From a bacterium (GTDB lineage Bacteria > Hinthialibacterota > Hinthialibacteria > Hinthialibacterales > Hinthialibacteraceae), in the NCBI GenBank assembly GCA_963663405.2, contig CAXXSM010000080.1:1-27870 (forward strand): a stretch of 27,870 nucleotides of DNA, read 5' to 3'. Positions 27,727 through 27,870 of the stretch are shown here, piece after piece; the first letter of the stretch is position 1; every line of letters begins with the position of its first letter. Under the pieces are notes generated by a model. It did not search any database and had not been told where the DNA came from. It saw only the letters and a program-made list of their open reading frames with translations. Both the position numbers and the translations under genes were made by a program.

Positions 27727-27870
27727 GTCAAAATCACCTGGTTTTTAATTCATGAGTAATACGCCATATCCATTCAACAAAGTGATGGATTGTTTGGAAT
27801 TATAGATCAATAGAATACACGATTTTTTAAGTCTTTTTTTAAATATATTTTACTATCTTATTTGAAGAAA

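Noticed and set aside
27727-27870. HAIR, CIRCE or sigma-54 site upstream of cbpA
   Set aside because: No match found in the available 144 nt; the region is cut off by the window edge.

Overview
Bacterial chromosomal window of about 24 genes, with no rRNA, tRNA, CRISPR array or transposase that I can see. Left half (1-14 kb): carbohydrate-use and secreted-protein genes, namely deoC, a sugar-phosphate isomerase/epimerase, an FG-GAP repeat protein, a prepilin-type protein, a secreted LamG/ConA-like protein, an S9-type hydrolase, a Tat-exported Gfo/Idh/MocA oxidoreductase with DUF1080, and a very large sulfatase-like protein. Many of these are broken by 1-2 nt indels that look like long-read consensus errors. 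Middle: a divergent sigma-70 factor, an orphan CMP-sugar synthetase, a YvyF-like gene with a sigma-28 promoter, a non-catalytic M16 peptidase coupled to apgM, and an alpha-galactosidase-like protein. Right (21.7-27.7 kb): a protein-quality-control cluster of three Hsp20 genes plus degP/degQ, facing cbpA-cbpM, a DUF2179 protein and a degenerate AdoMetDC-like gene. The Hsp20-degP operon has a sigma-54-like promoter preceded by two tandem TGANTCA-N3-TNACNCA palindromes, one of which also matches the HspR HAIR box. From memory only, the pilin-like protein and the V-x-D-W-x-x-Y C-terminus suggest an OLB16/Hinthialibacterota- or Sumerlaeota-like organism; this is unverified.
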